Shown here one piece after another: positions 13,352 through 25,560 of a DNA stretch of 64,000 nt. The translations under genes were made by a program, and so were the position numbers. Where the stretch lies: NCBI GenBank assembly GCA_002269645.1, contig NIVC01002791.1, forward strand, positions 1-64,000, given 5' to 3'. Origin of the DNA: Macrostomum lignano (taxonomy: Eukaryota). The notes below the pieces were generated by a model, which did no database searches, had not been told where the DNA came from, and saw only the letters and a list, made by a program, of their open reading frames with translations. Each line of letters opens with the position of its first letter. Within the stretch, counting starts at the first letter, position 1.

Positions 13352-13692
13352 AGCTGCAGTGAGGGAGGGTAGCGGTGCTCACTGAAGCTGCAGTGAGGGA
13401 GGGTAGCGGTGCTTACTGAAGCTACAGTGAAGGAGGGTAGCGGTGCTCACTGAAGCTGCAGTGAGGGAGGGTAGCGGTGCTTACTGAAGCTACAGTGAAG
13501 GAGGGTAGCGGTGCTTACTGAAGCTGCAGTGAAGGAGGGTAGCGGTGCTTACTGAAGCTGCAGTGAAGGAGGGTAGCGGTGCTTACTGAAGCTACAGTGA
13601 AGGAGGGTAGCGGTGCTTACTGAAGCTGCAGTGAAGGAGGGTAGCGGTGCTTACTGAAGCTGCAGTGAAGGAGGGTAGCGGTGCTCACTGCA
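13352..13692. repeat. Minisatellite, 34-bp unit GAAGCTGCAGTGAAGGAGGGTAGCGGTGCTTACT
   Basis: About 10 tandem copies. Confidence 0.95.
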
Positions 13693-13913
13693 GTGTAGAA
13701 GGGAATGCCAGGGACTCAACAATGTATTCTCAACCAGTGTCAGAGTGCACAGCTGCAGCTCAATGCTTGCTCGTCAAAGTCAGCTGTGACAAGATAAAAC
13801 CTTGCTCGGTTCGCACACTCGGTGTCAAATTTCTAAGTAAAGTACACATTAATAATAAGATTTAGCTGCCAAACAGCAAATTTGCTCTTGAAGACAGGAC
13901 TTATTTTCCGGAA

Positions 13914-13915
<2 letters not shown>

Positions 13916-13983
<68 letters not shown>
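13916..13983. repeat. (TG)n microsatellite
   Basis: About 33 TG units, directly visible. Confidence 0.99.
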
Positions 13984-13984
<1 letters not shown>

Positions 13985-14159
13985 TGGTCCATATTATTAG
14001 TATAGCATGCATACTGAGGGCATTTGTCATTTTTGTCATTGTCGATTCTGGTACAGAACTGGAATGCCTACTCAGTAGCTGAAGTAGTATCGGAACAAAA
14101 TAATATTATCTGAAATGTAATTGGGACAAAATCGCAAAGTTTTAATCTTTGGCCTTCCT

Positions 14160-14490
14160 TTGGAATTTCTGACCTCCCTTTGGGATTTCTGACCTACCAT
14201 TGGGATTTCCAACCTCCCTTTGGGATTTCTGACCTCCCTTTGGGAGTTCTGACCTCCCTTAGGGATTTCTGACCTACCTTTGGGATTTCTGACCTCCCTT
14301 TGGGATTTCTGACCTCCCTTTGGGATTTCTGACCTCCCTTTGGGATTTCTGACCTCCCTTTGGGATTTCTGACCTCCCTTTGGGATTTCTGACCTCCCTT
14401 TGGGATCTCTGACCTCCCTTTGGGATCTCTGACCTCCCTTTGAGTTTCCGACCTCCCTTTGTTATTTCTGACCTACCTTTGGGATCTCTG
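14160..14490. repeat. Minisatellite, 20-bp unit TTTGGGATTTCTGACCTCCC
   Basis: About 16 tandem copies. Confidence 0.95.
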
Positions 14491-15074
14491 ATCTCTGATC
14501 ACATCCCGGGATTCTGAACCTCTCTTGGTACTTTCTGTGAGTTGAATCGAAAAGCAACTCATGTTTAGATACCAGTCCGCAACACTTTTAGAACTGCTTG
14601 CTAATAAGTTACTAACAGTAGCACATGCAGTAGCAATGCTGACAGGATCTGAAAAGAACTGCAATTTTTATCCAGTAGAAAAAATTTTCAGGCGAAAAAG
14701 TTGCACGCTGGAAAATTTATCACCATTGAAAAATTGGTGACTTCATTTTCCTCAAGCTGGACATTCGCAGCTAGGAGGGAATGTCGACATGGGAGGAATG
14801 TGGACCCTGCGGGAGAATTCGTTATCACTTATGCGGCAGCATGAGATGCAGCAGGATTTTTGGAGACTGCATGGCAATTTCGGGTATCCAAGTCCTTTGG
14901 CTCCCGGGCGGGTGGTTCAGTTGAATAAATTTACAAGTAGCGCAAAAGTTGCGACTTTGTCTGACGTTCAAGTTTTAAGTTTTATGGCTTTTGAAACCTA
15001 ACTTGGCGAAATTCCTGCAGGGCAACTTGACTTGTTTTTTTAGTTCATCGCAAGGCATTGGCAGATGTCCCTGA

Positions 15075-15705
15075 TATCCCTGATCCCAATATTGCCTAGA
15101 TATCCCTGATCCCAATATGCCTAGATATCCCTGATCCAAATATGCCTAGATATCCCTGATCCAAATATGCCTATAGATATCCCTGATTGATCCCAATACG
15201 CCTAGATATCCCTGATCCCAATATTCCTATAGATATCCCTGATCCAAATATGCCTATAGATATCCCTGATTGATCCCAATACGCCTAGATATCCCTGATC
15301 CCAATATGCCTATAGATATCCCTGATCTCAATAAGCCTAGATATCCCTGATCCCAATAAGCCTAGATATCCCTGATCCCAATATGCCTAGATATCCCTGA
15401 TGCCAATAAGCCTAGATATCCCTGATCCCAATATGCCTAGATATCCCTGATCCCAATATGCCTAGATATCCCTGATCCCAATATGCCTAGATATCCCTGA
15501 TCCCAATATGCCTAGATATCCCTGATCCCAATATGCCTAGATATCCCTGATCCCAATATGCCTAGATATCCCTGATCCCAATATGCCTAGATATCCCTGA
15601 TCCCAATATGCCTAGATATCCCTGATCCCAATATGCCTAGATATCCCTGATCCCAATATGCCTAGATATCCCTGATCCCAATATGCCTAGATATCCCTGA
15701 TCCCA
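15075..15705. repeat. Minisatellite, 25-bp unit CCTAGATATCCCTGATCCCAATATG
   Basis: About 25 copies, variable at the left end and homogeneous at the right. Confidence 0.95.
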
Positions 15706-15711
15706 GACTTC

Positions 15712-16302
15712 AGAAATCCCTGATCCGAAAACACTTTAGAAATCCCTGATTCCAAAACACTTTAGAAATCCCTGATCCCAAAACACTTTAGAAATCCCTG
15801 ATTCCAAAACACTTTAGAAATCCCTGATCCCAAAACACTTTAGAAATCCCTGATCCGAAAACACTTTAGAAATCCCTGATCCCAAAACACTTTAGAAATC
15901 CTTGATCCCAAAACACTTTAGAAATCCCTGATCCCAAAACACTTTAGAAATCCCTGATCCCAAAACACTTTAGAAATCCCTGATCCCAAAACACTTTAGA
16001 AATCCCTGATCCCAAAACACTTTAGAAATCCCTGATCCCAAAACACTTTAGAAATCCCTGATCCCAAAACACTTTAGAAATCCCTGATCCCAAAACACTT
16101 TAGAAATCCCTGATCCCAAAACACTTTAGAAATCCCTGATCCCAAAACACTTTAGAAATCCCTGATCCCAAAACACTTTAGAAATCCCTGATCCCAAAAC
16201 ACTTTAGAAATCCCTGATCCCAAAACACTTTAGAAATCCCTGATCCCAAAACACTTTAGAAATCCCTGATCCCAAAACACTTTAGAAATCCCTGATCCCA
16301 AA
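15712..16302. repeat. Minisatellite, 26-bp unit CACTTTAGAAATCCCTGATCCCAAAA
   Basis: About 22 copies, directly abutting the 25-bp array and sharing its ATCCCTGATCCCAA core. Confidence 0.95.
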
Positions 16303-16642
16303 ATGCCCAAACCCAAATTTCAATCCTACATACATGTGTACACAAAAAATGAACAGAAAAAATGCGAATCTCATTGAGATTAATGACAGTAAAATCACAG
16401 AACTTGATATTTATGCTTGGCTTCAGCTTGTGGTGCCAGACAGATCGATGACTGTTCGTAGTTGAAAATTTCGACACAAAAGCGCAACAAGCACTGGAAT
16501 GAATGCTGATCTGGGAACTGAGACAACCTGTGACGGTACACATGTGCTTGGGCAGGTGAAAATATGGATTGTTTATTTAGATTTATGAAGCAAGAGTTTT
16601 AGTCAAAGTGCACCAAGGTAGGTATTTGAATATTTGTCTTTT

Positions 16643-16952
16643 AGGTATGGATCTGAATCTATTAGATATGGATCTAAATCTATTAGATATGGATCTGAAT
16701 CTATTAGATATGGATCTAAATCTATTAGATATGGATCTAAATCTATTAAATATGGATCTGAATCTATTAGATATGGATCTGAATCTATTAGATATGGATC
16801 TGAATCTATTAGATATGGATCTATATCTATTAGATATGGATCTGAATCTATTAGATATGGATCTAAATCTATTAGATATGGTTCTGAATCTATTAGATAT
16901 GGATCTAAATCTATTAGATATGGTTCTGAATCTATTAGATATGGATCTATAT
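16643..16952. repeat. Minisatellite, 21-bp unit GATATGGATCTGAATCTATTA
   Basis: About 14 copies; it explains ORFs 16608..16967 and 16634..17005. Confidence 0.95.
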
Positions 16953-16984
16953 CTGGTTATCTGGTAGCTGGGGAAACATTGTTA

Positions 16985-17390
16985 CTAAGGAAATCTCGTT
17001 GCTAGGGTAAAATTCTTAATAGGGAAATCCCGTTGCTAGGGTAACGTTCTTACTAGGGAAATCCCGTTGCTAGGGCAACGTTCTTACTAGGGAAATCTCG
17101 TTGCTAGGGTAACGTTCTTACTAGGGAAATCCCGTTGCTAGGGCAACGTTCTTACTAGGGAAATCCCGTTGCTAGGGTAACATTGTTACTAGGGAAGTCT
17201 GGTTGCTAGGATAGCATTGTTAGTAGGGAAGTATCGTTGTTAGGGAACTATTTTTACTAGGGAAATCCCGTTGCTACGGAAACATTCTTACTATAGAAAA
17301 CTCGTCGCTAGGGAATTATTATTGCCAGGGACAATTTTTATAGGGAAATCTTGCTGCCAAGTAAGTCTCGTTGCTAGGGAAACTCGCACA
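16985..17390. repeat. Degenerate 34-bp minisatellite (TAGGGAAATCCCGTTGCTAGGGTAACGTTCTTAC)
   Basis: Tandem copies decay toward, and touch, the stop codon of the M13-like gene. Confidence 0.85.
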
Positions 17391-18732
17391 GCTCCGTCGT
17401 CGGGATCCGGTCGCAGCCGAAAGCCCCAGCAAACTGCGGCATCTCAGCAACGGCCGCGTTCACCAGCAGCCGCCGTCTGCCGGCTGCGCCGTCGTCGGGA
17501 AGGCGGCACTGAAGCCGCGCCCAGTCCACGAAGAAGCTCGGCCACAATGGCGGATTTCGCAGTCGAGCAACCGCGGCCGCCGCCGCCGCCGACAGGCCGG
17601 TCCGCTTGGCAACCAGGGCGGCCACCTCGCCGGAGGAGCTGCCCGGCGGCAGGCGGCTGGCGAAGCAGCGGAAGGCGGCGGCGAGTCGCTGCTCGCTCTC
17701 GGTGGAGTACAGGCGGAGCCGCTGCCGCGGGCCTACCGTGGCGAAGGCGGCCTCGGCCAGCAGTGCGCCAGCCGTCGCCAGGCCGCTCGAATCGTGCTCG
17801 CTCAGCGGCACAACTCTGCTCGGGGCCAGCAGAACGCTGCGACCGTCGGCGTCGAGACCCCTGCTGCCATTCTGCGTCGGCATCAGCCGGATGTCTGCCG
17901 GAGCCGCCGAGGCCACCAGCCGCAGGCGGATCGAGTCCAGCCGGCTGAGCATCGCCGCCCGCGTGTGGCCGCTCAGCTGGTTGGAGCGCTGCACGGCAGC
18001 CCGCAGCTCCGCTATGACGGAGGCGAACAGGTCGTAGGTGGACAGCGGCGACGGCGCGACAGCTACCAGCGCCAAGCCGCCGGGCGCCAAAGCGGCGTCC
18101 CGACAGGCGAAGTCGTGAAAATCGCGACAGGGGTCCGGCAGAGATGCCGGAGCGCTGGTCGCTCTCAAAAACCTCGAGGACTGTGAAGGTGCCGACGGGC
18201 TCGACAGAGAGCTTGTCGGTCGCGTCGGCAGCGGCAGTCGAGCCTCGGCTTCGACGTGCCCGACAGCGGAACTGGAGGTGCCGGCGGTGCCGTAGAAGTG
18301 CAGGCTAAGCAGCACGCAGCCAATGGCCAGCAGAGTCAAGGAGAGGCTGCAGAGGCCGAAACTCACCACCAGCAGGCGGCAGCGGCGGCGGCGCTGCGGA
18401 TGAGGCTGTCGCTGCTGCTGCTGCTGATGATGATGTTGCTGATGCTGCTGCTGTTGAGGTGGCGGTGGCGGTGGCGGCGGCTGCAGTCGATGCGGACACG
18501 CGGCTGCCCGCTTTGCCTCGGCGCAGTCCTCGGTCGTGCAGCCGTCGTCATCGGCGCCATCGTCGTCGCCGTCAGTCAGAGCGGCAGCGAGACTGTCGGC
18601 GTTGGCGGCTGATTGCAGGCCGCTGCCGCTGCCGCGGTTGCAGATGATCAGAGCCTGCGGCGGGGGAACCGGGAGTTGCTGATTCTTGGAATTTTTGTAG
18701 ATTGTGTTGATGAGATTTGAACTGATCTGCAC
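17374..18732 (-). CDS. Peptidase M13 (neprilysin/ECE/Kell)-like type II membrane protein, shortened and predicted catalytically inactive (terminal exon)
   Basis: TM segment LLVVSFGLCSLSLTLLAIGCVLLSLHF. DPCRDFHDFAC matches M13 DPCxDFyxFAC; SFFVDWARLQC matches LFFxxfAQxWC; LVNAAVAEMPQFAGAFGC...C matches RVxxxlsNxxeFaxaFxC...C. The HExxH position reads LAEAAF. The ORF has no ATG, so it needs upstream exons. Confidence 0.75.
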   Translation of the reverse strand: MQISSNLINTIYKNSKNQQLPVPPPQALIICNRGSGSGLQSAANADSLAAALTDGDDDGADDDGCTTEDCAEAKRAAACPHRLQPPPPPPPPQQQQHQQHHHQQQQQRQPHPQRRRRCRLLVVSFGLCSLSLTLLAIGCVLLSLHFYGTAGTSSSAVGHVEAEARLPLPTRPTSSLSSPSAPSQSSRFLRATSAPASLPDPCRDFHDFACRDAALAPGGLALVAVAPSPLSTYDLFASVIAELRAAVQRSNQLSGHTRAAMLSRLDSIRLRLVASAAPADIRLMPTQNGSRGLDADGRSVLLAPSRVVPLSEHDSSGLATAGALLAEAAFATVGPRQRLRLYSTESEQRLAAAFRCFASRLPPGSSSGEVAALVAKRTGLSAAAAAAVARLRNPPLWPSFFVDWARLQCRLPDDGAAGRRRLLVNAAVAEMPQFAGAFGCDRIPTTELCEFP

Positions 18733-18747
18733 CTTAGTCAGGAGTTT

Positions 18748-19275
18748 GAACCCAAGTTACCTGGAACCCAAGTTACCTGGAACCCAAGTTACCTGGAACC
18801 CAAGTTACCTGGAACCCAAGTTACCTGGAACCCAAGTTACCTGGAACCCAAGTTACCTGGAACCCAAGTTACCTGGAACCCAAGTTACCTGGAACCCAAG
18901 TTACCTGGAACCCAAGTTACCTGGAACCCAAGTTACCTGGAACCCAAGTTACCTGGAACCCAAGTTACCTGGAACCCAAGTTACCTGGAACCCAAGTTAC
19001 TGGAATCCAAGTTACCTGGAACCCAAGTTACCTGGAACCCAAGTTACCTGGAACCCAAGTTACCTGGAACCCAAGTTACCTGGAACCCAAGTTACCTGGA
19101 ACCCAAGTTACCTGGAACCCAAGTTACCTGGAACCCAAGTTACCTGGAACCCAAGTTACCTGGAACCCAAGTTACCTGGAACCCAAGTTACCTGGAACAC
19201 AAACCAATATGGAACCCAAACCAATATGGAACACAAACCAATATAGAACACAAACCAATATGAAAGCCAAACCAA
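18748..19275. repeat. Intronic minisatellite, 16-bp unit ACCCAAGTTACCTGGA
   Basis: About 28 near-perfect copies plus a degenerate tail. Confidence 0.97.
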
Positions 19276-19522
19276 TTGAATTCACAACCTGAGAGACTCA
19301 AATTTAAGCTAGAGATCAAATAAGATATAACTGAAAGTCACTTCCTCAACAGCTCCTTGCTATTTTCATTGCAGAAAATCTGAATAGAATCCTTGATTCT
19401 GACAGTCACTTTGAGCGTGCATTTGTCAGTTGGTATTACGCAACAAGAAACTCTCCATTACCAAAAAAATTAGTTCCAATTGCTTTACAATAAGCAGAGG
19501 ATCGTGGTACCACCGCCTTCAC

Positions 19523-19797
19523 ACCTAGAGCAGATGGGGAAAGGAGGCTGGAAGCTGCTGGTGGCGACGGCGGTGGGGGCGGGGCGGTCAGGACTGACGT
19601 GTCCGCGAAGTGATAGCTGCCGCAGCGGGGCGGCAGGCGGGCGGAGCTACTTGGCGCGGCAGACGAGTGGAGAACAGTTGCCCTGACAGGCCATCGCCCA
19701 GCTGCCACCACCGCAGCCGCCTGGTGCCCAGTCCAGTGTCTGCTTTTCCTTCGGTGCCTCTCGCTTTTTCTGACAACCTTATTTGTGTTTGCCATTT
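19523..19797 (-). CDS. Probable internal exon of the M13-like gene (cytoplasmic tail)
   Basis: Acceptor ttcttag at 19798 and donor GTGAAG after 19523. Phase 1 in and phase 0 out joins 20824-21082 to 17374-18732 in frame (~630 aa model). GC-rich, Pro/Ala/Ser-rich. Confidence 0.45.
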
Positions 19798-20084
19798 CTA
19801 AGAAAGGGAAGAAGACGGGCGGCCCGGCGGTGGCCGGTTGGAAGCTGAAACTGGACACCCGTGCCACGTGTCTGTCTCCGATCGCCAGCTCTTTCTGGGA
19901 TCGTGGAGTTCGGAAATTTTCACGAAAAACTTGGTTAGTAAAAAGTCTTGCATTTCATCTTACGGATTTAGCTTTCTGGTTAGCAAAAATATCTTGAGTT
20001 ACAGAATTGAAATTACGGATTAAAGATTATTTATTTGATTTTACAGATCCAAATTACGTCGTATATATTTGTATTTACGGAATC

Positions 20085-20500
20085 CAGATTACTGAATCCT
20101 GCAGATTACATAATCCTTCAGATTACAGCATCCTTAAGATTACAGAATCCTTCAGATTACATAATCCTTCAGATTACAGCATCCTTAAGATTACAGAATC
20201 CTTCAGATTACAGAATCCTTCAGATTACAGCATCCTTAAGATTACAGAATCCTTCAGATTACAGAATCCTGCAGATTACAGAATCCTTCAGATTACAGAA
20301 TCCTGCAGATTACGGCATCCTTCAGCTTTCAGAATCCCGTAAATTACAGAATCCTGCAGATTACAGAATCCTGCAGATTACAGAATCCTGCAGATTACAT
20401 AATCTTATCTGATTACGGAATCCTCCAGATTACAGAATCCTGCAGATTACATAATCCTGTAGTTTATAGAATCCTATAGTTTATAGAATCCAGACTACAG
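20085..20500. repeat. Intronic minisatellite, 17-bp unit GATTACAGAATCCTTCA
   Basis: About 24 variant copies. Confidence 0.92.
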
Positions 20501-20823
20501 AACCCATATTTTACAATACCTAATACGAGAACAACAAGATTTCCAGACTCAAGGGCTAAAACAGCTAAGTAGACTTTTTTATTGTTTGGATTTCCACTCC
20601 AGACGCAGAGTTTTAAAACTTCTTGGCCGCTACCCAAACCGAACTGACACCGGACTGAAAAACGTGACTAAGCGACCGCTGAAATCCCAGCTGAGGCTGA
20701 CTGAAGTGTTGATAGGGTGGGGGAGCAGCCAGTTTGAGGCCCGAGGCTGGGTTTGGGAGGGCAGGGAAACATGAGGAGCAGCTCAGCCGGGCTTCTCCAG
20801 CAGCTGTACCCCGCAACCGACAC

Positions 20824-21012
20824 CCGGGAAGACCCCAACAGAGTTATCCACGCCGCTTACAACCGCGCCGCCAGAGCTTGAAGCCGGTGCTGGCAAAGTT
20901 TGGCTGGCGACCGCCTGCGCGCGCTCCCGGTCCACCCTGAAGTCTCGGTCGCGACTGGCGTCTCTGCACGACTGCCTTCGCTGCTGGCATCGCCGCAGTT
21001 CAGCCATCGTGG

Positions 21013-21046
<34 letters not shown>

Positions 21047-21082
21047 CCAAACAGACTGATGGTGATGATGCTGATGCTGCAT
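20824..21082 (-). CDS. Probable first coding exon of the M13-like gene (poly-His/poly-Pro)
   Basis: ATG lies 4 nt after a cactttcag acceptor. The phase-1 donor after 20824 is in frame with the next exon. Confidence 0.4.
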
Positions 21083-21159
21083 TGTGCTGAAAGTGCAAAA
21101 TGAACTTTCTTTGAGAAGGTTTTGTCGAAGGTATTTTGGACAAGCTTCTATGCAGGGAA

Positions 21160-21618
21160 GTCCCCGCCCTACTCAGAGCTCGAATGTGAAGGGAGGTCCA
21201 CTGCCCCCGCCCTACTCAGAGCCCAAATGTGAAGGGAGGTCCACTGCCCCCGCCTACTCAGAGACGGAATGTGGAGGGAGGTCCACTGCCCCCGCCTACT
21301 CAGAGACCGAATGTGGAGGGAGGTCCACTGCCCCCGCCTACTCAGAGACGGAATGTGGAGGGAGGTCCACTGCCCCCGCCTACTCAGAGACCGAATGTGG
21401 AGGGAGGTCCACTGCCCCCGCCTACTCAGAGACGGAATGTGGAGGGAGGTCCACTGCCCCGCCTACTCAGAGACCGAATGTGGAGGGAGGTCCACTGCCC
21501 CCGCCTACTCAGAGACCGAATGTGGAGGGAGGTCCACTGCCCCCGCCTACTCAGAGACCGAATGTGGAGGGAGGTCCACTGCCCCCGCCTACTCAGAGAC
21601 CGAATGTGGAGGGAGGTC
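21160..21618. repeat. Minisatellite, 42-bp unit GAGGGAGGTCCACTGCCCCCGCCTACTCAGAGACCGAATGTG
   Basis: About 11 copies, one with a 1-bp deletion. Confidence 0.95.
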
Positions 21619-21634
21619 TAGTGTCCAGCAATTT

Positions 21635-21905
21635 TTTATTTTTTAGAGGCAGGGGCTGTGTGCACCTTGGCGCACTTTAAGCAACATTGTCACACAACCG
21701 GCGAGAGGCATTACTGCCCATTCCGCCGACTCCCCTGAGCAGGCACACAAGCGCGCGGATACGTACGCAGGCACACACTCACACAGGAGTGTACAGCGGC
21801 CCTAACTGTAAATATCGTTAGGCATGTTGTACACTTCACTGTGCCTTGGGGGTTGGGCCTCAAGGGCGTTAATCGCGACTGCACTTGGAATCGAGCCTGG
21901 GCCGC
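21635..21905 (-). mobile_element. SINE-like retroposon, copy A
   Basis: Aligns to 33008-33325. The minus strand ends in CCCCTGCCTCT + an A-rich tail and carries a B-box-like GGCTCGATTCC near its 5' end. Confidence 0.6.
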
Positions 21906-23299
21906 AAGGCTACGGCTCCGGTGCTCCCTCAATTGTTCAATCCGTCAACATCATCTTCCCCTCTTTAACAACTAAGCAACGCAACTTTGCTCCAAAATTT
22001 TGATCCCATCGCTCCGGCATTTCATTGATTCCCTCATCTTCCTTTAGTGCAAAATGACAAAATCGATTTAAAAAAAACATTTCTTAGGTGGCTCAAGCGC
22101 CTAAATCAAGCCAAGATCGCAGCTTCAACCTAATCCTTCATCTAAGCTATGAGGATGCGATGCAGTCTCTACGTGTTGAAGCTCTGCCCTGACTTGGCCA
22201 GCTGATCAATAGTGACAGAGGAGCTGAGGCACCGCTTTGAGCCCCACGTCCACCAAGTTTCAATTCTCCCGGGACTCCCCCTGGCCTTGAATGGGAGGAG
22301 CTCAAACCAAAAAGTGCATTGTATTTTTATTGAAAACTAGTAGCCTAAACATGCGCTCGTAATTGCAAACGTGAAGAGATGAGGGAGAGCAGATGCAGGC
22401 TGATGGAGATCCCTGTACCAGCAGCACTGGGGTGACAGCAATTGATCCCCGCTGCACCTCAGCGTAGATGTCGGTGTCGGTCCGGAACGAAGCGGGTTGT
22501 TCCGCGGTGTTAAATAAATTATCGAGTTATTCTCCCATTCTTGCAGTGCAGTGCACAGGCTGGGACCATTAAAGTACCAGGCAGTTCAGCTGTGCGTGTC
22601 TGCAGGATTCTGGGCATCCGCCTGCATCAGCTCAGCCCGATCGGCCCTGTGCAAGCAAAGTCCAAATAGACTGTATTCGGGACTGTCAACACCCTCCTGC
22701 GAGACTGCTGCTGCCGCTGCTTCCGGTGTTGCAGAAACTGGCCCTCCCCCCCCCTAGAAGAAATCTGAGACAGAGATAACGGCAGCTCAGCGAGAGCAGC
22801 GAGCTCCGGAAAAGGGAGCAGAAAAAGCCGCAGCGACAGAAGCGATCCTTAATCCCCTAGCAGCGCGGCAGGGGTCCAGTCGGTTTGCTTTCTCCTCCCA
22901 GCCTCTCTTTCTATTACTCTCTCTTGGCCTCTTCATCCTGTCGTCAGCAAGAGCCGCCCGGGCACTTCTGAGAGAGGGGGAAGAGGCGGAGAAGACAGGT
23001 TGTGCAGACAGACAGACAGACAGACAGACAGACAGGGTTGACAGATAAGAATTCCAGACCTGCTTGTCAGTCACCGGTCAGTCAGTCAGGCTTGACTGAC
23101 AAGAAAGTTTGTTCGGATTTAGTGCTGAACAATTTCAATAATCAGTTGGTTGTGTCCGACACGCCTGTGTAGAACTTGTTGCGATTTAAAAGTACAACAA
23201 TGAATATTAATTCTCGGTGAAATAACACTATACTTCGACTAATCGACCAGATTGAAGTAGAACTTAGAGAAATCTACCAGATCAAAAGGCGGGCAATTT

Positions 23300-23720
23300 A
23301 CCAGACAGAGATTAACAGGTTAACAGAGATTAACAGGATTAAAAATAGGTAGAGCTTGAGTTAGTCTACCGGATTAACAGGTAGGGCTTGAGTTTGTCTA
23401 GCGGATTATAACAGGTGGACTTTGAGTTAGTTTAGCGGATTTTAACAGGTAGAGTTTGGGTTAGTCTACCGGATTAACAGGTAAAGATTGATTTAGTCTA
23501 ATGGATTAACAAGTATAGAGCTTGAGTGAGTCTACTGGATTAAAGGTAGACTTTGAGTTAGTCTATTGGATTATAAAAAGTAGAGCTTGAGTTAGTCTTA
23601 CCGAATTAACAGGTAGAGCTTGGGTTAGTCTAGCGGATTAACAGGTAGAGCTTGGGTTAGTCTAGCGGATTAACAGGTAGAGCTTGGGTTAGTCTACCAG
23701 ATTAACAGGTAGAGCCCTGA
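23300..23720. repeat. Degenerate 32-bp minisatellite (TTAACAGGTAGAGCTTGGGTTAGTCTAGCGGA)
   Basis: About 12 copies, most homogeneous at the right end. Confidence 0.85.
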
Positions 23721-23789
23721 AGTACATGTAAATAGCAATGCCATTTGCGCAAGCACTTCTAACAGGTAACTGAAGCACGCAGGTCTGAA

Positions 23790-24020
23790 TTGCTGACAGT
23801 CAATAATAGCGAAGCAATTCCAACCAACATACAGCAGCACTCTCAAATACGTCCACCAGTTCCGCCTGACAACTAATGAGTGACAGAAAACAGAGCAGTG
23901 ACAGTGTTTGAGCAACTGTCTGAATTAGGCTTACCTGCAGTTCACGCCACGGCCTCAAGGACTCTGTTTGAGATGGGCATCGATTGCTGTTTGCACCAAT
24001 ACAATTGCAATTTGCATTCT
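23790..24020 (-). CDS. Possible small exon pair of an unidentified gene
   Basis: Strong donor CTGCAG|GTAAG at ~23935 and acceptor ttgtcag at ~23866 would join ...SLRPWRELQ to AELVDVFESAAVCWLELLRYY*. No domain was recognised. Confidence 0.2.
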
Positions 24021-24204
24021 TGCCAAATTAAACAACTTCTGACAATGGGATATCGCAATGCAAAGCTTGGTTGCGCCATTTATGGGAAATTTGGGGACGC
24101 CAACTGCCCACTCCTCTCACTCCCAGCCAATAATGGTTCGTTGGGGCCGATTCGGGACAACTGGCCAATGAGAGTGTAGCTTGGCAACTGGAGTCTCCGG
24201 TTTA

Positions 24205-25560
24205 CCATCATTCCTGACTCACTGTCTACCATCATTCCTGACACACTGTCCACCATCATTCCTGACTCACTGTCTGCCATCATTCCTGACTCACTGTCTG
24301 CCATCATTCCTGACTCACTGTCTGCCATCATTCCTGACTCACTGTCTACCATCATTCCTGACTCAGAGTCTACCATCATTCCTGACTCACTGTCTACCAT
24401 CATTCTTGACTCACTGTCTGCCATCATTCCTGACTCACTGCCTGCCATCATTCCTGACTCACTGCCTGCCATCATTCCTGACTCACTGTCTGCCATCATT
24501 CTTGACTCACTGTCTGCCATCATTCCTGACTCACTGTCTACCATCATTCCTGACTCACTGTCTGCCATCATTCCTGACACACTGTCTGCCATCATTCCTG
24601 ACTCACTGTCTGTCATCATTCCTGACTCACTGTCTACCATCATTCCTGACTCACTGTCTGCCATCATTCCTGACACACTGTCTACCATCATTCCTGACTC
24701 ACTGTCTGCCATCATTCCTGACTCACTGTCTGCCATCATTCCTGACTCACTGTCTACCATCATTCCTGACTCACTGTCTACCATCATTCCTGACTCACTG
24801 TCCACCATCGTTCCTGACTCACTGTCTACCATCATTCCTGACTCACTGTCTGTCATCATTCCTGACTCACTGTCTACCATAATTCCTGACTCACTGTCTG
24901 CCATCATTCCTGACACACTGTCTACCATCATTCCTGACTCACTGTCTGCCATCATTCCTGACTCACTGTCTGCCATCATTCCTGACTCACTGTCTGCCAT
25001 CATTCCTGACTCACTGTCTACCATCATTCCTGACTCACTGTCCACCATCATTCCTGACACACTGTCTACCATCATTCCTGACTCACTGTCTGCCATCATT
25101 CCTGACTCACTGTCTGCCATCATTCCTGACTCACTGTCTACCATCATTCCTGACTCAGAGTCTACCATCATTCCTGACTCACTGTCTACCATCATTCCTG
25201 ACTCACTGTCCACCATCATTCCTGACTCACTGTCTACCATCATTCCTGACTCACTGTCTACCATCATTCCTGACTCACTGTCTGCCATCATTCCTGACTC
25301 ACTGTCTACCATCATTCCTGACTCAGAGTCTACCATCATTCCTGACTCACTGTCTACCATCATTCTTGACTCACTGTCTACCATCATTCCTGACTCACTG
25401 TCTACCATCATTCCTGACTCACTGTCTACCATCATTCCTGACTCACTGTCTGCCATCATTCCTGACACACTGTCTACCATCATTCCTGACTCACTGTCTG
25501 CCATCATTCCTACTGTCTATCATCATTCCTGACTCACTGTCTGCCATCATTCCTGACTCA
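24205..25560. repeat. Minisatellite, 24-bp unit CCATCATTCCTGACTCACTGTCT(A/G)
   Basis: About 56 copies; it explains the long ORFs on both strands. Confidence 0.97.

Noticed and set aside
17271-18647. Plus-strand ORFs overlapping the M13-like gene; also those overlapping 12116-12820 and TIPRL
   Set aside because: They are antisense shadows of GC3-rich minus-strand coding sequence.
24080-25507. 475-aa MMVDSESG ORF and the 233-aa opposite-strand ORF
   Set aside because: Both are by-products of a stop-free 24-bp repeat that is open on both strands; there is no non-repetitive domain.
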